Source of the DNA: a virus
Lineage: Duplodnaviria > Caudoviricetes
Virus record (IMG/VR): IMGVR_UViG_3300048856_000121
Location: 1-40,643 of that record
Direction: 5' to 3' (one strand)
DNA length: 40,643 nt
Shown here: in pieces, positions 18,172-27,842 of the stretch
Layout of the letters: every line of letters starts with the position of its first letter
How positions within the stretch are numbered: the first letter of the stretch is position 1
Program-made: the position numbers and the translations under genes
The notes under the pieces: model-generated
Database searches by the model: none
What the model was told of the DNA's origin: nothing
What the model saw: only the letters and a program-made list of their open reading frames with translations

Positions 18172-19347
18172 TCAGAAGCAGGCCAGGTAGCCGCCGCTGT
18201 CGGCGCCATCGGCCGCATAGGTGATCTGGTTGGTGCTCAGGCCATCGCGGTTGCCGGGGTTGTTCTGAGTGACCCGTGCAACGGGCACAGTGAGGGCAAA
18301 TCGATTGCCTGGGGTGGAACCGATAATCGCCTGCAGAGACATTCCGACACCTTGCCGGAAATTGTTGAACAGGCTCACGTACGAGCTGGCTGAGACGTAC
18401 GGGTCCAGGGAGCCGCCGATGGCGCGGCTGACCGGCATGGCGGGGTCATAGCCCTCGGGCGCCTCGGGGTTGTCCGGCAGGATCGTGCTGACGCCCAGGT
18501 TCAGGGTCAGCGTGCGCACTTGCGCCGTCTGGCGGTTCAACTGGCACAGGCCATCCACGAAGCGCGGCGGGGTCGGCCGCACGATGCTGAGCGCGCCGGC
18601 CGGAAGCGCCGCGGTGTCCGGATCGGCCGCGAGCTGTGCCATGCCCTGGAACTGTATCTGGCCGATGCCGCCGGTGGTGAGCGTGATGGTCGCCGTGCCG
18701 ACAAAGCCGGTCAGGCGCCAGCGCAGGCCGTCCTTGAACAGGTAGATGGTCGCGGTCTTGTAGACCGTATCGTCCGAGGTGGGCGCGTAGAGGACGTGCG
18801 CCGGGATCTGGAAGCTGTCGGTGGTGCCCAGAGGCGGGGTGAAGGTGCGCCCCAGGCTGGCCACGCGGCCGGCCGTGTAGTCCACCACGGCATCGCGGCC
18901 GGTGCGGCCCGTGCCCGTCACCAGCATCGGCATGCCGCGATAAAGCTGCGCGGTGGACGCAAAGGGCGCTGCCAGGGTGGCACTGGTGGCCGTGCCGGCC
19001 GTCGCCGCCGTGGGGGCGCCGATGGAGGCGGCCGTCACCGTCTCCTGCATCGTGGCGCAGCGCAGCAGCCGGGCGAAGTTGGGCGCCGTACCCGGCAGCC
19101 CGGAGCCGCGCAGCACGGCCGTCAGCGTCACGTTGGCCCGTAGGCCGCCGACGATGCCCGGCGCATTGTCGAGCGACCCGGTGAATTCGTTGTTGGGCGT
19201 GACGCTCTGGTCCCAGGCCACCTCGCAGGTGCCGCCGAACCAGTCGTCGGCCGCCGGCGTGGAGCCGCCAAAGGCATCGGTGCCGGAGGTGGTTTCGATC
19301 TTCACCGCCACGGCGGAGAAGCGGTCACGAACGAGCTTCGCGCACAT
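18172..19347 (-). CDS. Major tail tube protein
   Basis: VAVKIETTSGTDA, P.FARLLRCATMQET, TATIYLFKDG, G.TPGNRF motifs; upstream of the chaperone. Confidence 0.88.
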   Translation of the reverse strand: MCAKLVRDRFSAVAVKIETTSGTDAFGGSTPAADDWFGGTCEVAWDQSVTPNNEFTGSLDNAPGIVGGLRANVTLTAVLRGSGLPGTAPNFARLLRCATMQETVTAASIGAPTAATAGTATSATLAAPFASTAQLYRGMPMLVTGTGRTGRDAVVDYTAGRVASLGRTFTPPLGTTDSFQIPAHVLYAPTSDDTVYKTATIYLFKDGLRWRLTGFVGTATITLTTGGIGQIQFQGMAQLAADPDTAALPAGALSIVRPTPPRFVDGLCQLNRQTAQVRTLTLNLGVSTILPDNPEAPEGYDPAMPVSRAIGGSLDPYVSASSYVSLFNNFRQGVGMSLQAIIGSTPGNRFALTVPVARVTQNNPGNRDGLSTNQITYAADGADSGGYLACF

Positions 19348-19385
19348 TGGCGGCGTGTCCTCTGCTCTGGATTAGGAAGCCGGGC

Positions 19386-19862
19386 TCAGGCCGCGGCGTA
19401 GGGATGCCCCGTAGGGCGAATGGAGACTGCTTCGAAGGTCGCGCTGAACTCGCCAGCGGCGACCGCGCTCTCTTCCAGGTCGTAGACGATGAAGTCGGCG
19501 CCGCCGCCGTCCCGGACCTCGTTCAGGTCGGTGCCGTCCGGCTGCCAGCCCATCAGGGCCGCAACCACCTGGGCATGGAGGGCGGAAAGAGCCTGCTCGC
19601 AGGAAAGGTCCTGGTCATCCTCGTAGGGGCTGGCCTTGGCGTAGCCGGTGACCACCGCACCGACAGTGTAGGTTGTCTCGCCGTACCCCTCGCCATCCGA
19701 GGACATCAGATCGCCGCCCCGCACGATCAGGCGTGGGAACTCGCCCTCGATGTCCTCGTTCGGCACAGCACGGCGGGCACGCTCAACCGGCACGTCCGGG
19801 ATCATCTCGGCCAGTCGGTTGGCGACAGCAGCCAGCAGGTACTCGCGGATCGGCGTCATCAC
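19386..19862 (-). CDS. Tail terminator protein
   Basis: MTPIREYLLAAVANRL... acidic; GTGA overlap with the upstream gene (alternative ATG at 19859). Confidence 0.75.
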   Translation of the reverse strand: MMTPIREYLLAAVANRLAEMIPDVPVERARRAVPNEDIEGEFPRLIVRGGDLMSSDGEGYGETTYTVGAVVTGYAKASPYEDDQDLSCEQALSALHAQVVAALMGWQPDGTDLNEVRDGGGADFIVYDLEESAVAAGEFSATFEAVSIRPTGHPYAAA

Positions 19863-20176
19863 CGGCCCCGACTGAACTGCAGGCGCCAACCCCAGCCGCG
19901 CCAGCCCGGACGGGCTTCCTCGACCTTCAGGTTTTCCATGACGCCATCCACCATCGCTGTCACGACATCGCCGCGCTGAGCCGGACCAATCCCCGCCTCA
20001 GCAGGCACAAGGCCGGCCAGAGGGCGCGCGGGGCGCCCTGTCGGCACGTCATCGAACTCCAGCACCAGTCTGATCCCGCGGATCGGCGGGCCGCCGCTGA
20101 CCAGGTAGTAGTCGGCGTCGATCCCGCCGGGCCCGCGCGCCAAGGCATTCGCCGCACGAGCCCAGGGATCGATCAC
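19859..20176 (-). CDS. Head-tail joining / head closure protein
   Basis: About 105 aa, PAQRGDVVT motif; position after capsid genes. Confidence 0.7.
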   Translation of the reverse strand: MIDPWARAANALARGPGGIDADYYLVSGGPPIRGIRLVLEFDDVPTGRPARPLAGLVPAEAGIGPAQRGDVVTAMVDGVMENLKVEEARPGWRGWGWRLQFSRGR

Positions 20177-20436
20177 GACCGGGGCGGCTCCTGCACCACT
20201 ACCGGCTCCGGTGCGGGCTCAGGGGCGGGCGCCGGCGGCACTGGGGGAGGCAGAACCTCCACCTTCGCGCCGGCCTCCACCTCGCCCTTCACCACCTCGA
20301 CGGCATGGCCGAGCGCGATCAGGTTCTCGGCCTCCGCCGTCGGCACGTCAGCCGCGACGCCCTCTTCCACGACCGAGCTATCGGCGAGGATGAGGCGCGA
20401 GCGCGGGACGAGACGGAGCGTCTTGGGCTTGCTCAC
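20173..20436 (-). CDS. Small head-associated hypothetical protein (gpFI-like position)
   Basis: GTGA overlap with the upstream stop; EAENLIALGHAVEV motif and Pro-rich tail. Confidence 0.6.
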   Translation of the reverse strand: MSKPKTLRLVPRSRLILADSSVVEEGVAADVPTAEAENLIALGHAVEVVKGEVEAGAKVEVLPPPVPPAPAPEPAPEPVVVQEPPRS

Positions 20437-20765
20437 GGGATGCACACTCCGTTCAAGCGCACCCGCACCAGCGCATCGCCGCTCGCCGCAGCAGCGATCG
20501 CCGCGCCGATCAGCTTGTTGTTGGTCGCCGTGGTGGTGACGTTGAAGGCGGTGTTGTCCCAGTAGACCGCGGCGCCCTGGGTCACGGCGCCGGTGGCCTT
20601 GGGCAGGTCCACCACACCCGTGGTCTGGATGACCACCGAAGCACCGCTGGCTGCGGCGGCCGTAGCCGCACCGAACAGAGTGCCGACGAGGGCGCCCGCA
20701 CCGCTGGTGAGGGTGCGAGGGGCGGTGACCGGGATCAGGTCCGCCTGCTGCACGTAGTTCTTCAT
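20433..20765 (-). CDS. DUF2190-family capsid decoration/cement protein
   Basis: MKNYVQ...GVVDLPKA...GAAVYWDN...VRVRLNG hallmark sequence. Confidence 0.9.
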   Translation of the reverse strand: MKNYVQQADLIPVTAPRTLTSGAGALVGTLFGAATAAAASGASVVIQTTGVVDLPKATGAVTQGAAVYWDNTAFNVTTTATNNKLIGAAIAAAASGDALVRVRLNGVCIP

Positions 20766-20826
20766 GGCTGCTTCTCCGGCAAGCCAGGGCGGCTCAGCGC
20801 CCCGGCAGCCTCAAGGTTGGGTCCGA

Positions 20827-22965
20827 TCAGGCACCGGGGTTGCGATACAGGCCGCGCCAGTCGATCGGCGCCGCGCCGAACTCCAGCCGCACGCGGAGCG
20901 ACATCCCGTCGATGGTGATGTCCTCTTCCTCCCGCACGTCCGGCGCCTGCACGCCATTGAGGAAGGCGAAGAAGATGCCCTCCTGCGCCGCCGGGTCGGC
21001 CATCAGGTACCAGGCATTGCCGGTCAGGAACGGCGAGACGATCAGGTCCAGCGAGTTGCGGAAGATGTTGGTGGTATTGTCGGCGTTATTGATGGTCTGG
21101 AGGAACTGCTGCGCCTCCGTCTCCTTGTCGGGGCTCACCACCAGGTAGCGGGGCTGCACCACGATGGGCCGCCCCTCCAGGCCCTTCTGCACCCGCATCG
21201 CCTTGCGCGCCGCGGCAATGGTCGTGGCGTTGATCGCCCCGCCGGTGCCGGCCAGGTTGCCGTGGTTGGCATGGAACAAGGACACACCGTCCGACATGGT
21301 AGGATTGCTGGTCAGGATGGACCAGAACGCCGTCGTCATGGCGTAGCTCGCCGCGCGGCCGAACATCTCGGGGAAGCGCGTCAGGGCACCGAGATCGTCG
21401 TTCACCAGCGCCTCGCGGGTGATGCCGATCATGCGGCCCCACTTGCTGATGGCGAAGCTCTCACCGTTCTCGGACACGCCGCCATAGGTGTAGGGCTGGT
21501 GCTCGCCCGTGCGCAGCAGTTCCGGCGCCTCGGACATGCGCAGGTAGCTGACCGGCTTGTAGTCGGAGTGCGACACCACCCGGACCAGCGGGCGCCAGTC
21601 CTGCGGGGCCTGCTCGTAGGCGTCCAGCAGCACCTTGCGGGCCACGTTCGCCAGCAGCAGCGGGAAGTCGCTGGTGGTCTGCAGGCCGGCCGAGGCCATG
21701 TAGCCGCGGCGGTTCAGTGCCGCGCCGGCGATGTCCTCGGGGCTCATGCCGGCGGGGCGGCCACCGGCGGCGGAGATGGACGCGCGGGCCATCTCGATCA
21801 GCGACAGGCCCATGTAGGGGCGGGCTTCGGCCGTCGGTTTCGCCTTGCCGACGCGGGCCAGCAACGCCGCCTCGGCACCCGCACGGAAGCCCTCGACCGC
21901 CAGGTCACGGGCGCCATGGAAGTATGCGGTGGGGCGGGCGGGCGTGGCGCGGCCGTCGATGATGGCGTCCTTAGCCTGCGCGAGGCTGGCCTTGCTGGCG
22001 AGCTGCTGAACAATCCAGTCGCTGGACATGCTGGCGCGTGCCGCGAGGGCCTGCAGCTCCGGCAGCGTGGCCGCCTGCTCCAGATGCGCGCCAGCCGGGT
22101 GGATCACCGGCTCATTCGCCGGCGTCGGCTGCGTGTTGGGGGTCGGAGTGGGCGGCACCACCTGCGGCTCCTGCTTCGGGGCATCCTGCGGGGCGGGCTT
22201 ACCGGCCCCGTTATCCTTGTCGGCCATGCCGGCCTCCTGCTGTTCAGCCTGTGCCGGTGCGACAGGCGGGGCCTCCGCGCGCGGACCACCCGCGGCGGGG
22301 ATCTTGGTGGCGAGGGCAACGGGGCCCTGCGCGCGAAGCTGAGTGAGGCCGCTGGGAGCGCGGGCAGCCGGCGCGGCGCGGCGCTCCTCCATGCGATGGG
22401 CAAAGCCCTTCTCGATGGCCTCTTCAGCGGTGAAGTAGGTCTCGGCAGCCATCAAGGCGCGGACTTCTGCCTCGGGCATGCCCGTTCGCTCGGCGTAGAT
22501 GGCGGCCTGTAGGTCATCCATGCGCCGGAGAGCCTCCATCTGCGTCGCGTGGTCGTCCGCGTTGCCGATAGTGAGGCCGTGGGCCTGGTGGATCATCAGC
22601 ATGGAGGCGCGAGGCATGACGGCCTCATCCGCTGCCATCGGCAGCCAGGAAGCCGCAGAGGCTGCAAGACCTTCCACCACCACCGTCACATGGCCGGGAT
22701 GGCGAGACAGCGCGTTGAAGGCGCTGAACCCCTCGAACACGAGGCCGCCCGGGCTGTTCACCCGCACCACCACGTCGCCATCATCCTGCGCCAGCGCCTC
22801 GCGCAGGCCAGAAGCGGTGAAATCGAGACCCACCACTCCCTCCAGCACGATCTCGCGCCCGGCCCGGGCCGGGGCACGGGCTGCGGGGGCAGCGGTGCCG
22901 GCCAGCAGGCGCGAGATATCGTCCGCGGCGGCGCGTGCCGCAGCGTTCATCTTCATGCGCTTCAT
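20827..22965 (-). CDS. ClpP-like (S14) prohead protease fused to major capsid protein
   Basis: VNSPGG, GLAASAAS, MLMIH, AETYFTAEEA in N-terminal part; TTSDFPLLL, ITREALVNDDLGA, DWRGLYRNPGA in capsid part. Confidence 0.93.
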   Translation of the reverse strand: MKRMKMNAAARAAADDISRLLAGTAAPAARAPARAGREIVLEGVVGLDFTASGLREALAQDDGDVVVRVNSPGGLVFEGFSAFNALSRHPGHVTVVVEGLAASAASWLPMAADEAVMPRASMLMIHQAHGLTIGNADDHATQMEALRRMDDLQAAIYAERTGMPEAEVRALMAAETYFTAEEAIEKGFAHRMEERRAAPAARAPSGLTQLRAQGPVALATKIPAAGGPRAEAPPVAPAQAEQQEAGMADKDNGAGKPAPQDAPKQEPQVVPPTPTPNTQPTPANEPVIHPAGAHLEQAATLPELQALAARASMSSDWIVQQLASKASLAQAKDAIIDGRATPARPTAYFHGARDLAVEGFRAGAEAALLARVGKAKPTAEARPYMGLSLIEMARASISAAGGRPAGMSPEDIAGAALNRRGYMASAGLQTTSDFPLLLANVARKVLLDAYEQAPQDWRPLVRVVSHSDYKPVSYLRMSEAPELLRTGEHQPYTYGGVSENGESFAISKWGRMIGITREALVNDDLGALTRFPEMFGRAASYAMTTAFWSILTSNPTMSDGVSLFHANHGNLAGTGGAINATTIAAARKAMRVQKGLEGRPIVVQPRYLVVSPDKETEAQQFLQTINNADNTTNIFRNSLDLIVSPFLTGNAWYLMADPAAQEGIFFAFLNGVQAPDVREEEDITIDGMSLRVRLEFGAAPIDWRGLYRNPGA

Positions 22966-22968
22966 CTC

Positions 22969-24510
22969 CTATTCGCCGGCCGGTTCGGTCGGGGCGGGCT
23001 GCCGCGGCAAAGCGGCGCCGGTGGCAGAGATCTCGATGGCTGCGTTCTGCCGGGGGTCCTGCGCCCCGCCGCTGTTGGCAACGCGGCGCGGGTCGGTGTC
23101 GAGAATGATGCCCTTCTCGTCCAGTGCTGCATTCGCAGCGGCGATCTCTTCGATCTGGTTCCGCCAGCCGTAGCCAAAGGAGCCCACCGCCTGCGGCCAA
23201 GTCTCGAAGCCGGCGCGCACCGAGGCGATGGCGGCGCCCACTTCCTTGGACGGGTCCAGCATCTCGAAGCGCGGTGGCGACCACGTGCACCGCGTCGCAT
23301 CCACGTCCAGTAGTGCAGCCTGGCAGGCCTCAGCGAAGGCGGCGCGAATGCCCTCCATCACCGGCACCCAGACTTCCCACTGGCTCCGCTCAACCGCCCG
23401 CTTGAATGCGAGGCGGCCGGCTCGGAGGCTGGAGTAGTTGGCCTGCCGCAGGTCACCCGTCAGCAGGTCGTAGGGCACGCCCCAGCCAGTCGCCGCGGCC
23501 ATGAGCTGGTGCAGGGCGAAGGGCTCGAAAGACGGGCTGCCCGTCGGCGTCAGAAAGGCCGGCTCGATGCCGGGCGGCAGCGCCTGCACCATGCCCGGCT
23601 CCAAATCGAAGCTGGGCAGGATCGGCGCACCGTCCTGGCCGAGTTGCGTGGCCGGGGCGTCGATGATCGAGCCGTCGGTCTTGAAGAACACGCCCAGCAT
23701 GGCCTGCGAGATGGCCGACTGCAGAGCCGCATCCTCGAAATCGTCCAACTGCCGCAGCCGCAGCAACGCAGGCGCACAGTCCGGCACGCCCCGGACGGCG
23801 CCAGGCCGCATCGGACGGTAGATGTGCTGCACCTCATCGGCCGAATAGCGGATCAGCTCGGCATAGCTGCCAATGGCCGCCGTGGGGTCGCCGGGGTGCG
23901 CCGGGTGCATCCAGTAGGCGTCGCGTTGCCCGTCGGGGCCGAACTCGATGCCAGCGATGACGCGCAGATTGACCCCCTCCGCCGGCATCACCTCCGGCAG
24001 CAGATCGGGCTCGCGCAGTTCCAGGGTCAGCGGCACTTCCAGGCGCCGGGCCCGCATCTGCCGCGCCGTCAGGCGGCGGTGCAGGATCAGGGCCTCTCCG
24101 GCTTCCGAACGGGTACGCGCGGCCAGAGCCATCATGGCGTTGAGGCCAAGGATGCCGGCATGGTCACAGCGGGCAATCCACCGATCCCACACGGCCTGGG
24201 CCCGCCGGTCTTCGAACTGCGCTTCAATGCCGGTGCCGATCTCGTAATCAGCGCGCAGATCCACCGCGCGGGCGGCATAGGGGTTGTCCCGCACCATGTC
24301 GCGTGACCGATCCCGCAGCAGGGCCAGATGCCGCGTCACGGCAGCATTCGGGCCCGTCCGGTCAGTCCTCCACCGGCCCAGACGCTCCGACCGGCGCCCG
24401 GCCGCATAAGCCATCGCGTCCAGTGCGGCGCGAGCCTGTGCACGACGGAGGCCGGCTTGCGGGCTCACCGCCGAGATGGCGCGGTCCAGGATGTTGAGAC
24501 GGAATGCCAT
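22969..24510 (-). CDS. Portal protein, lambda family
   Basis: LRDRSRDMVRDNPYA, GDLRQANYSSLRAG, LDPSKE motifs; start MAFRLN with TGATG overlap. Confidence 0.93.
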   Translation of the reverse strand: MAFRLNILDRAISAVSPQAGLRRAQARAALDAMAYAAGRRSERLGRWRTDRTGPNAAVTRHLALLRDRSRDMVRDNPYAARAVDLRADYEIGTGIEAQFEDRRAQAVWDRWIARCDHAGILGLNAMMALAARTRSEAGEALILHRRLTARQMRARRLEVPLTLELREPDLLPEVMPAEGVNLRVIAGIEFGPDGQRDAYWMHPAHPGDPTAAIGSYAELIRYSADEVQHIYRPMRPGAVRGVPDCAPALLRLRQLDDFEDAALQSAISQAMLGVFFKTDGSIIDAPATQLGQDGAPILPSFDLEPGMVQALPPGIEPAFLTPTGSPSFEPFALHQLMAAATGWGVPYDLLTGDLRQANYSSLRAGRLAFKRAVERSQWEVWVPVMEGIRAAFAEACQAALLDVDATRCTWSPPRFEMLDPSKEVGAAIASVRAGFETWPQAVGSFGYGWRNQIEEIAAANAALDEKGIILDTDPRRVANSGGAQDPRQNAAIEISATGAALPRQPAPTEPAGE

Positions 24511-24734
24511 CAGCGGATTGCCCGAACCCGGAAGACCTGGATGGGCGCTACCGTCCGTCGAGCCTCTCCGGTCACGTCCCGCCGCATCTGTTCCAGCGCA
24601 GCAATCTGAACCAGCAGTTCCTGCCCGGTCCGGTTGTAGACAGCCGAGCCATCCGGGTAGCGCAGTTGGCTTGTGGGATCGCCCAGCGACGTGCGCAGAG
24701 CTTTCAGCTGAGCGTCGATCTCTTCGACGGTCAT
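24510..24734 (-). CDS. gpW-like head-tail joining protein
   Basis: Between terminase and portal; GGAGG SD; LRYPDGSAVYNRT. Confidence 0.8.
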   Translation of the reverse strand: MTVEEIDAQLKALRTSLGDPTSQLRYPDGSAVYNRTGQELLVQIAALEQMRRDVTGEARRTVAPIQVFRVRAIR

Positions 24735-24933
24735 CGACGCCTCCCGAACCATGAGTTGTTGCCCGCGCGCCGCGGCGCATAGGGCGATGATGCCAATGGC
24801 GCTGCCGCTGGAACTGCAGACGCCTCTTCCGCTGCCGGGACGATGACCGAAGCGACAGGAGCGTCATCCCGCCCCTGCTGCAGATCCTGCCAGAACCGAT
24901 CGCCTTTGCGGTCAGCGCCTAGATCGCTCAGCG
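24731..24933 (-). pseudogene. Out-of-frame C-terminal tail of the large terminase
   Basis: ALSDLGADRKGDRFWQDL...SWFGRRR* ends in an ATGA overlap with gpW; reconnects to terL if one G is added near 24933. Confidence 0.7.
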
Positions 24934-26661
24934 CGCCCGGGCATAGGCCTCGCAGTCCAGCGCCTCGTTGCGCTCCCGCAGCTTGCGCCACTCCTGCCGT
25001 GCATACCCGGCCTTGGTCCGGACCGTGACCAGTTCCTCGGCCACGAGCTGTTGGCAGACCTCGGCATCAGCCCAGGTCGGCAAATGCACCCAGCCCGGCG
25101 GGAAGCCTTCCCCCGTCCGCGCCAGCCGCACCCGGCCGTAGAACTCGCCCTTCCAGTGCCCCGAGTTGACCGTCCAGAGCCGCAGCGCGCGCCGCAGCTT
25201 CCGTGCCCCGTCCTGCGCGTCCACATAGGACGGCTGCGAGACGGCCCGGCTGCTGTCGCTACCACCCTTCACCGGCATTAGGCGCTGAGGATGCCCCAGG
25301 CGCCTCAGATGGCCGTACACGGCCGCCGTGTCCCGGCCGCCGGTATCCACCGCCAGGCGGGCAATCGCCACGTCGGGCCCGCCGTCAGCGGCCGGAAACT
25401 GCCGCTCCAGCAGGCCCTGCACTCCGGCCCAGGTCTCCCACACCGCAGGCGAACCGTAGAATACCTCTCTCGCCACCAGCCAGCGCTCGAAGCCCGGGCC
25501 CCAGGCCCAGACGTAGACTTCGATGCGGTCGCCCTGGCAGTCGGCACCGGCCGTGAGGATCAATGCGCCCTTCGGCACTTCCCCCTCAGCGAAGTCCTCG
25601 CGCCGCTCCAGCAGCCGCTCGTATTCCGGCGCCTCGCCCTTCTCCCGCCAAGTCTCGCCGAGCGACGTGTTGACGAAGACCTGCAACAACTCCGGCGTCT
25701 TGGCCGCCAGGAACTCGCTCACCGTCTCGCCGATCGTGCGCCAGGGCGAGTAGAGGACCGAGATGTGAAAGCCCGCCACGGCCGCCCCTGGCCGCTCTGC
25801 GCGCCATCCGCCGCCCCGGGCCTTTGCCGTGGCAACCGCCTCCCAGCGTTCGGCGTCTGTCCATTCCGCACCGCAGAACTCGCAGTGGTAGGCAGCCGAG
25901 GCAATCTTCTCTTCATCGGTGAGAAGGGCATTGTTCCATTTGACCTGATCCCACCGCAGAACCTGCGGTTCTGCGCAGTGCGGACAGGGAACCCAGTACT
26001 TCCGACGGTCAGACCGCTCGTATTCCTGTTCGATCCGCGACCGGCCCGCCGTCTTGGGGCTGGAGACGATCAGGATCTTGCGGTTCCAGAAGTTCTGCGT
26101 CCGCTTGATGCCCTGGGCAATGGGGTCGCCCTCGCCACCAGCATTCGCGCCGTAGCGGTCCACCTCATCGAAGCAGACAATGCGGATATTCTTCGCCGCC
26201 AAGCCGGTCGGGGCGTTGGCGCCCACGATGTAGAGCCGGCCGCCTGGAAAAACCTTGTGCAGCGTCGTGTTCTGGCTGTCCCGGCTCCGTGCCGGCGCGA
26301 TCTTGCTCCGCAGGCTCGGGCTGTCCCGCAGCATCGGGGCCAGTTTGTCCCGCGACCATTCCTCGGCCGCCGTCTCGGTCGGGTAGACAATCAGGATCGG
26401 CGCCGGGTCCTGGCCAATGTGGAAGCCGGAGAGGTTGTTGATCACCTCCGTCTTGCCCACGCGGGCCGAGGCCATGAACACCACCCGCTCAACCCGGGGG
26501 TCGCCGATGGTGTCCATCACCTCCCGCAGGTATTCCGCGCGCGCCGTGCTCCACCGGCCAGGCTCCGCGCTCGTCTCCGCAGACAGGTAGCGATAGGTGT
26601 CCGCCCACTGGCTCAGCGTCAGCCTAGGCGGGGGTGCCAGCCTCCTCAGCGTCCGCGTCAT
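24928..26661 (-). CDS. terL: Terminase large subunit, lambda gpA family (C-terminus truncated by frameshift; alternative start 26748)
   Basis: LSQWAD, Walker A SARVGKT, FDEVD, EGDP, CPHC, NTSLGE, AVDTGG, RNEALDC motifs. Confidence 0.93.
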   Translation of the reverse strand: MTRTLRRLAPPPRLTLSQWADTYRYLSAETSAEPGRWSTARAEYLREVMDTIGDPRVERVVFMASARVGKTEVINNLSGFHIGQDPAPILIVYPTETAAEEWSRDKLAPMLRDSPSLRSKIAPARSRDSQNTTLHKVFPGGRLYIVGANAPTGLAAKNIRIVCFDEVDRYGANAGGEGDPIAQGIKRTQNFWNRKILIVSSPKTAGRSRIEQEYERSDRRKYWVPCPHCAEPQVLRWDQVKWNNALLTDEEKIASAAYHCEFCGAEWTDAERWEAVATAKARGGGWRAERPGAAVAGFHISVLYSPWRTIGETVSEFLAAKTPELLQVFVNTSLGETWREKGEAPEYERLLERREDFAEGEVPKGALILTAGADCQGDRIEVYVWAWGPGFERWLVAREVFYGSPAVWETWAGVQGLLERQFPAADGGPDVAIARLAVDTGGRDTAAVYGHLRRLGHPQRLMPVKGGSDSSRAVSQPSYVDAQDGARKLRRALRLWTVNSGHWKGEFYGRVRLARTGEGFPPGWVHLPTWADAEVCQQLVAEELVTVRTKAGYARQEWRKLRERNEALDCEAYARAR

Positions 26662-27208
26662 CAGCCGCGCCGCGACCGGCCCGGCGGCGAGCGCGATCTT
26701 TGATGGTGGAGACGGCTTCTGTTGCGGCAAGGTCGCCGCAGGCGTCATGTGCCAGCTCCGTCAGCTTGTCCTGGATCGCCAGCACCGTCTTTGCACCCAG
26801 CAGCAGCGGCGCGGCGCGCGAAGGAAGCGCCAGAACCTTGCCGCGCACCGCGTCGAAGATCGTCCCAACCACAGCCTCCATTTCTGGGGCCGGGATGAGT
26901 TCTGCCCGGAGCTGAGCGTTGATCAGTTCCAACTTGTCACCGCGCAGCCGGCTCTCGCGGGCGCGGTTCTTGTCGAGGTCTTCGGCGGCGTCAGAGCCAC
27001 CGGCCGCAGCCTTGCCTGCTGCAGGGCGAATGTGGGCGCAGTAGGCCTGAACCGCGGCGCCGAGCCGGTATTGTCCGCCAGGCTCGCCGGGAATGGTGCC
27101 ATCGTCGCGAAGCTCGCGGATGCGACGTTCGGAGAGGCCAAGGATCTGGCCCAAGACTGACGCCGGGACCACCGCCTCAATCACCTCGGCGGCGGAACCC
27201 CTGGCCAT
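26624..27208 (-). CDS. terS: Terminase small subunit, Nu1-like
   Basis: N-terminal HTH (LGQILGLSERRIREL), coiled coil, GGGAG SD; overlaps terL. Confidence 0.88.
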   Translation of the reverse strand: MARGSAAEVIEAVVPASVLGQILGLSERRIRELRDDGTIPGEPGGQYRLGAAVQAYCAHIRPAAGKAAAGGSDAAEDLDKNRARESRLRGDKLELINAQLRAELIPAPEMEAVVGTIFDAVRGKVLALPSRAAPLLLGAKTVLAIQDKLTELAHDACGDLAATEAVSTIKDRARRRAGRGAADDADAEEAGTPA

Positions 27209-27230
27209 TGTTCACTCCCTAGGAAACTCG

Positions 27231-27274
27231 TGCGCTCTTGCCACCCGCATACGTTGCAGTCCGGGGAAGGACCC
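27231..27274 (-). other. Putative cos site: cosQ plus cosN-like element
   Basis: Minus strand GGGTCCT (identical to lambda cosQ), then TGCG-GGTGGCAAGAG-CGCA about 20 nt later, just upstream of terS. Confidence 0.7.
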
Positions 27275-27299
27275 GTGACACACATGTCACACCCGCACC

Positions 27300-27435
27300 C
27301 ACTTGCGCCGGACCATCTTCGCAGCTTTCCGTGCAGCCCGTCAGCCCGGTCAGCGATCAGAAGCTCCCAATCGGGCTCCTCGACATCCATCCCAGGCCCT
27401 GCGATCACATCGAGTGCCATGTGCCGATCAGCCAT
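27300..27435 (-). pseudogene. Possible N-terminal relic of a P27-type small terminase
   Basis: MALDVIAGPGMDVEEPDWELLIAD resembles (from recall) alphaproteobacterial P27 terS N-termini; the frame degenerates into the cos region. Confidence 0.45.
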
Positions 27436-27700
27436 GGTTCACCCCAACGGCATTGCACACAGCCCGCCAACTCTCATCGCTCAGTTGGCCGGGGCTCAAC
27501 CGATGGTCGCAGACTTGCGGGAGGCCGGTGAGCCCGTCGATCATCCCCGTTTCACCGCGCACGGTGACGCTGGTAATCTGGGGCAGAAAGACATCGCTCC
27601 TTACCATCACGACGGACCGCACAGTGCCATGCTTTGTGCCGCCCCAAGTCGTCGAGTAGGTCACCTGGAGCGAAGGTCCGAGCGTGAGGCCTTGAGCCAT
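27428..27700 (-). CDS. Hypothetical protein, 90 aa
   Basis: ORF after the HNH gene; 8-nt overlap with the next start. Confidence 0.5.
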   Translation of the reverse strand: MAQGLTLGPSLQVTYSTTWGGTKHGTVRSVVMVRSDVFLPQITSVTVRGETGMIDGLTGLPQVCDHRLSPGQLSDESWRAVCNAVGVNHG

Positions 27701-27842
27701 TTCCGTTCCAAAACAGGGGAATAGGTCGAAACCCCCCCTTTGATTTTTGCTCCCTGCACAAAGGAAGGCCCCAGTCGGTCCAGACCCCCATCTCGGTCAG
27801 GTTTTGATCCCGCCCCCCAGTCAGGTTGGGCCAAGGATCGCC

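Noticed and set aside
24511-24867. Upstream extension of the portal ORF
   Set aside because: Overlaps gpW; the TGATG-coupled start at 24510 matches portal N-termini
24928-24945. Programmed frameshift in terL
   Set aside because: No slippery sequence at the break; a deletion or sequencing error is simpler
2976-26703. Long plus-strand shadow ORFs (e.g. 2976-4298, 6883-8319, 10623-12059, 20764-22512, 25291-26703)
   Set aside because: Antisense to well-supported genes, expected at high GC, and without coupling or SD support
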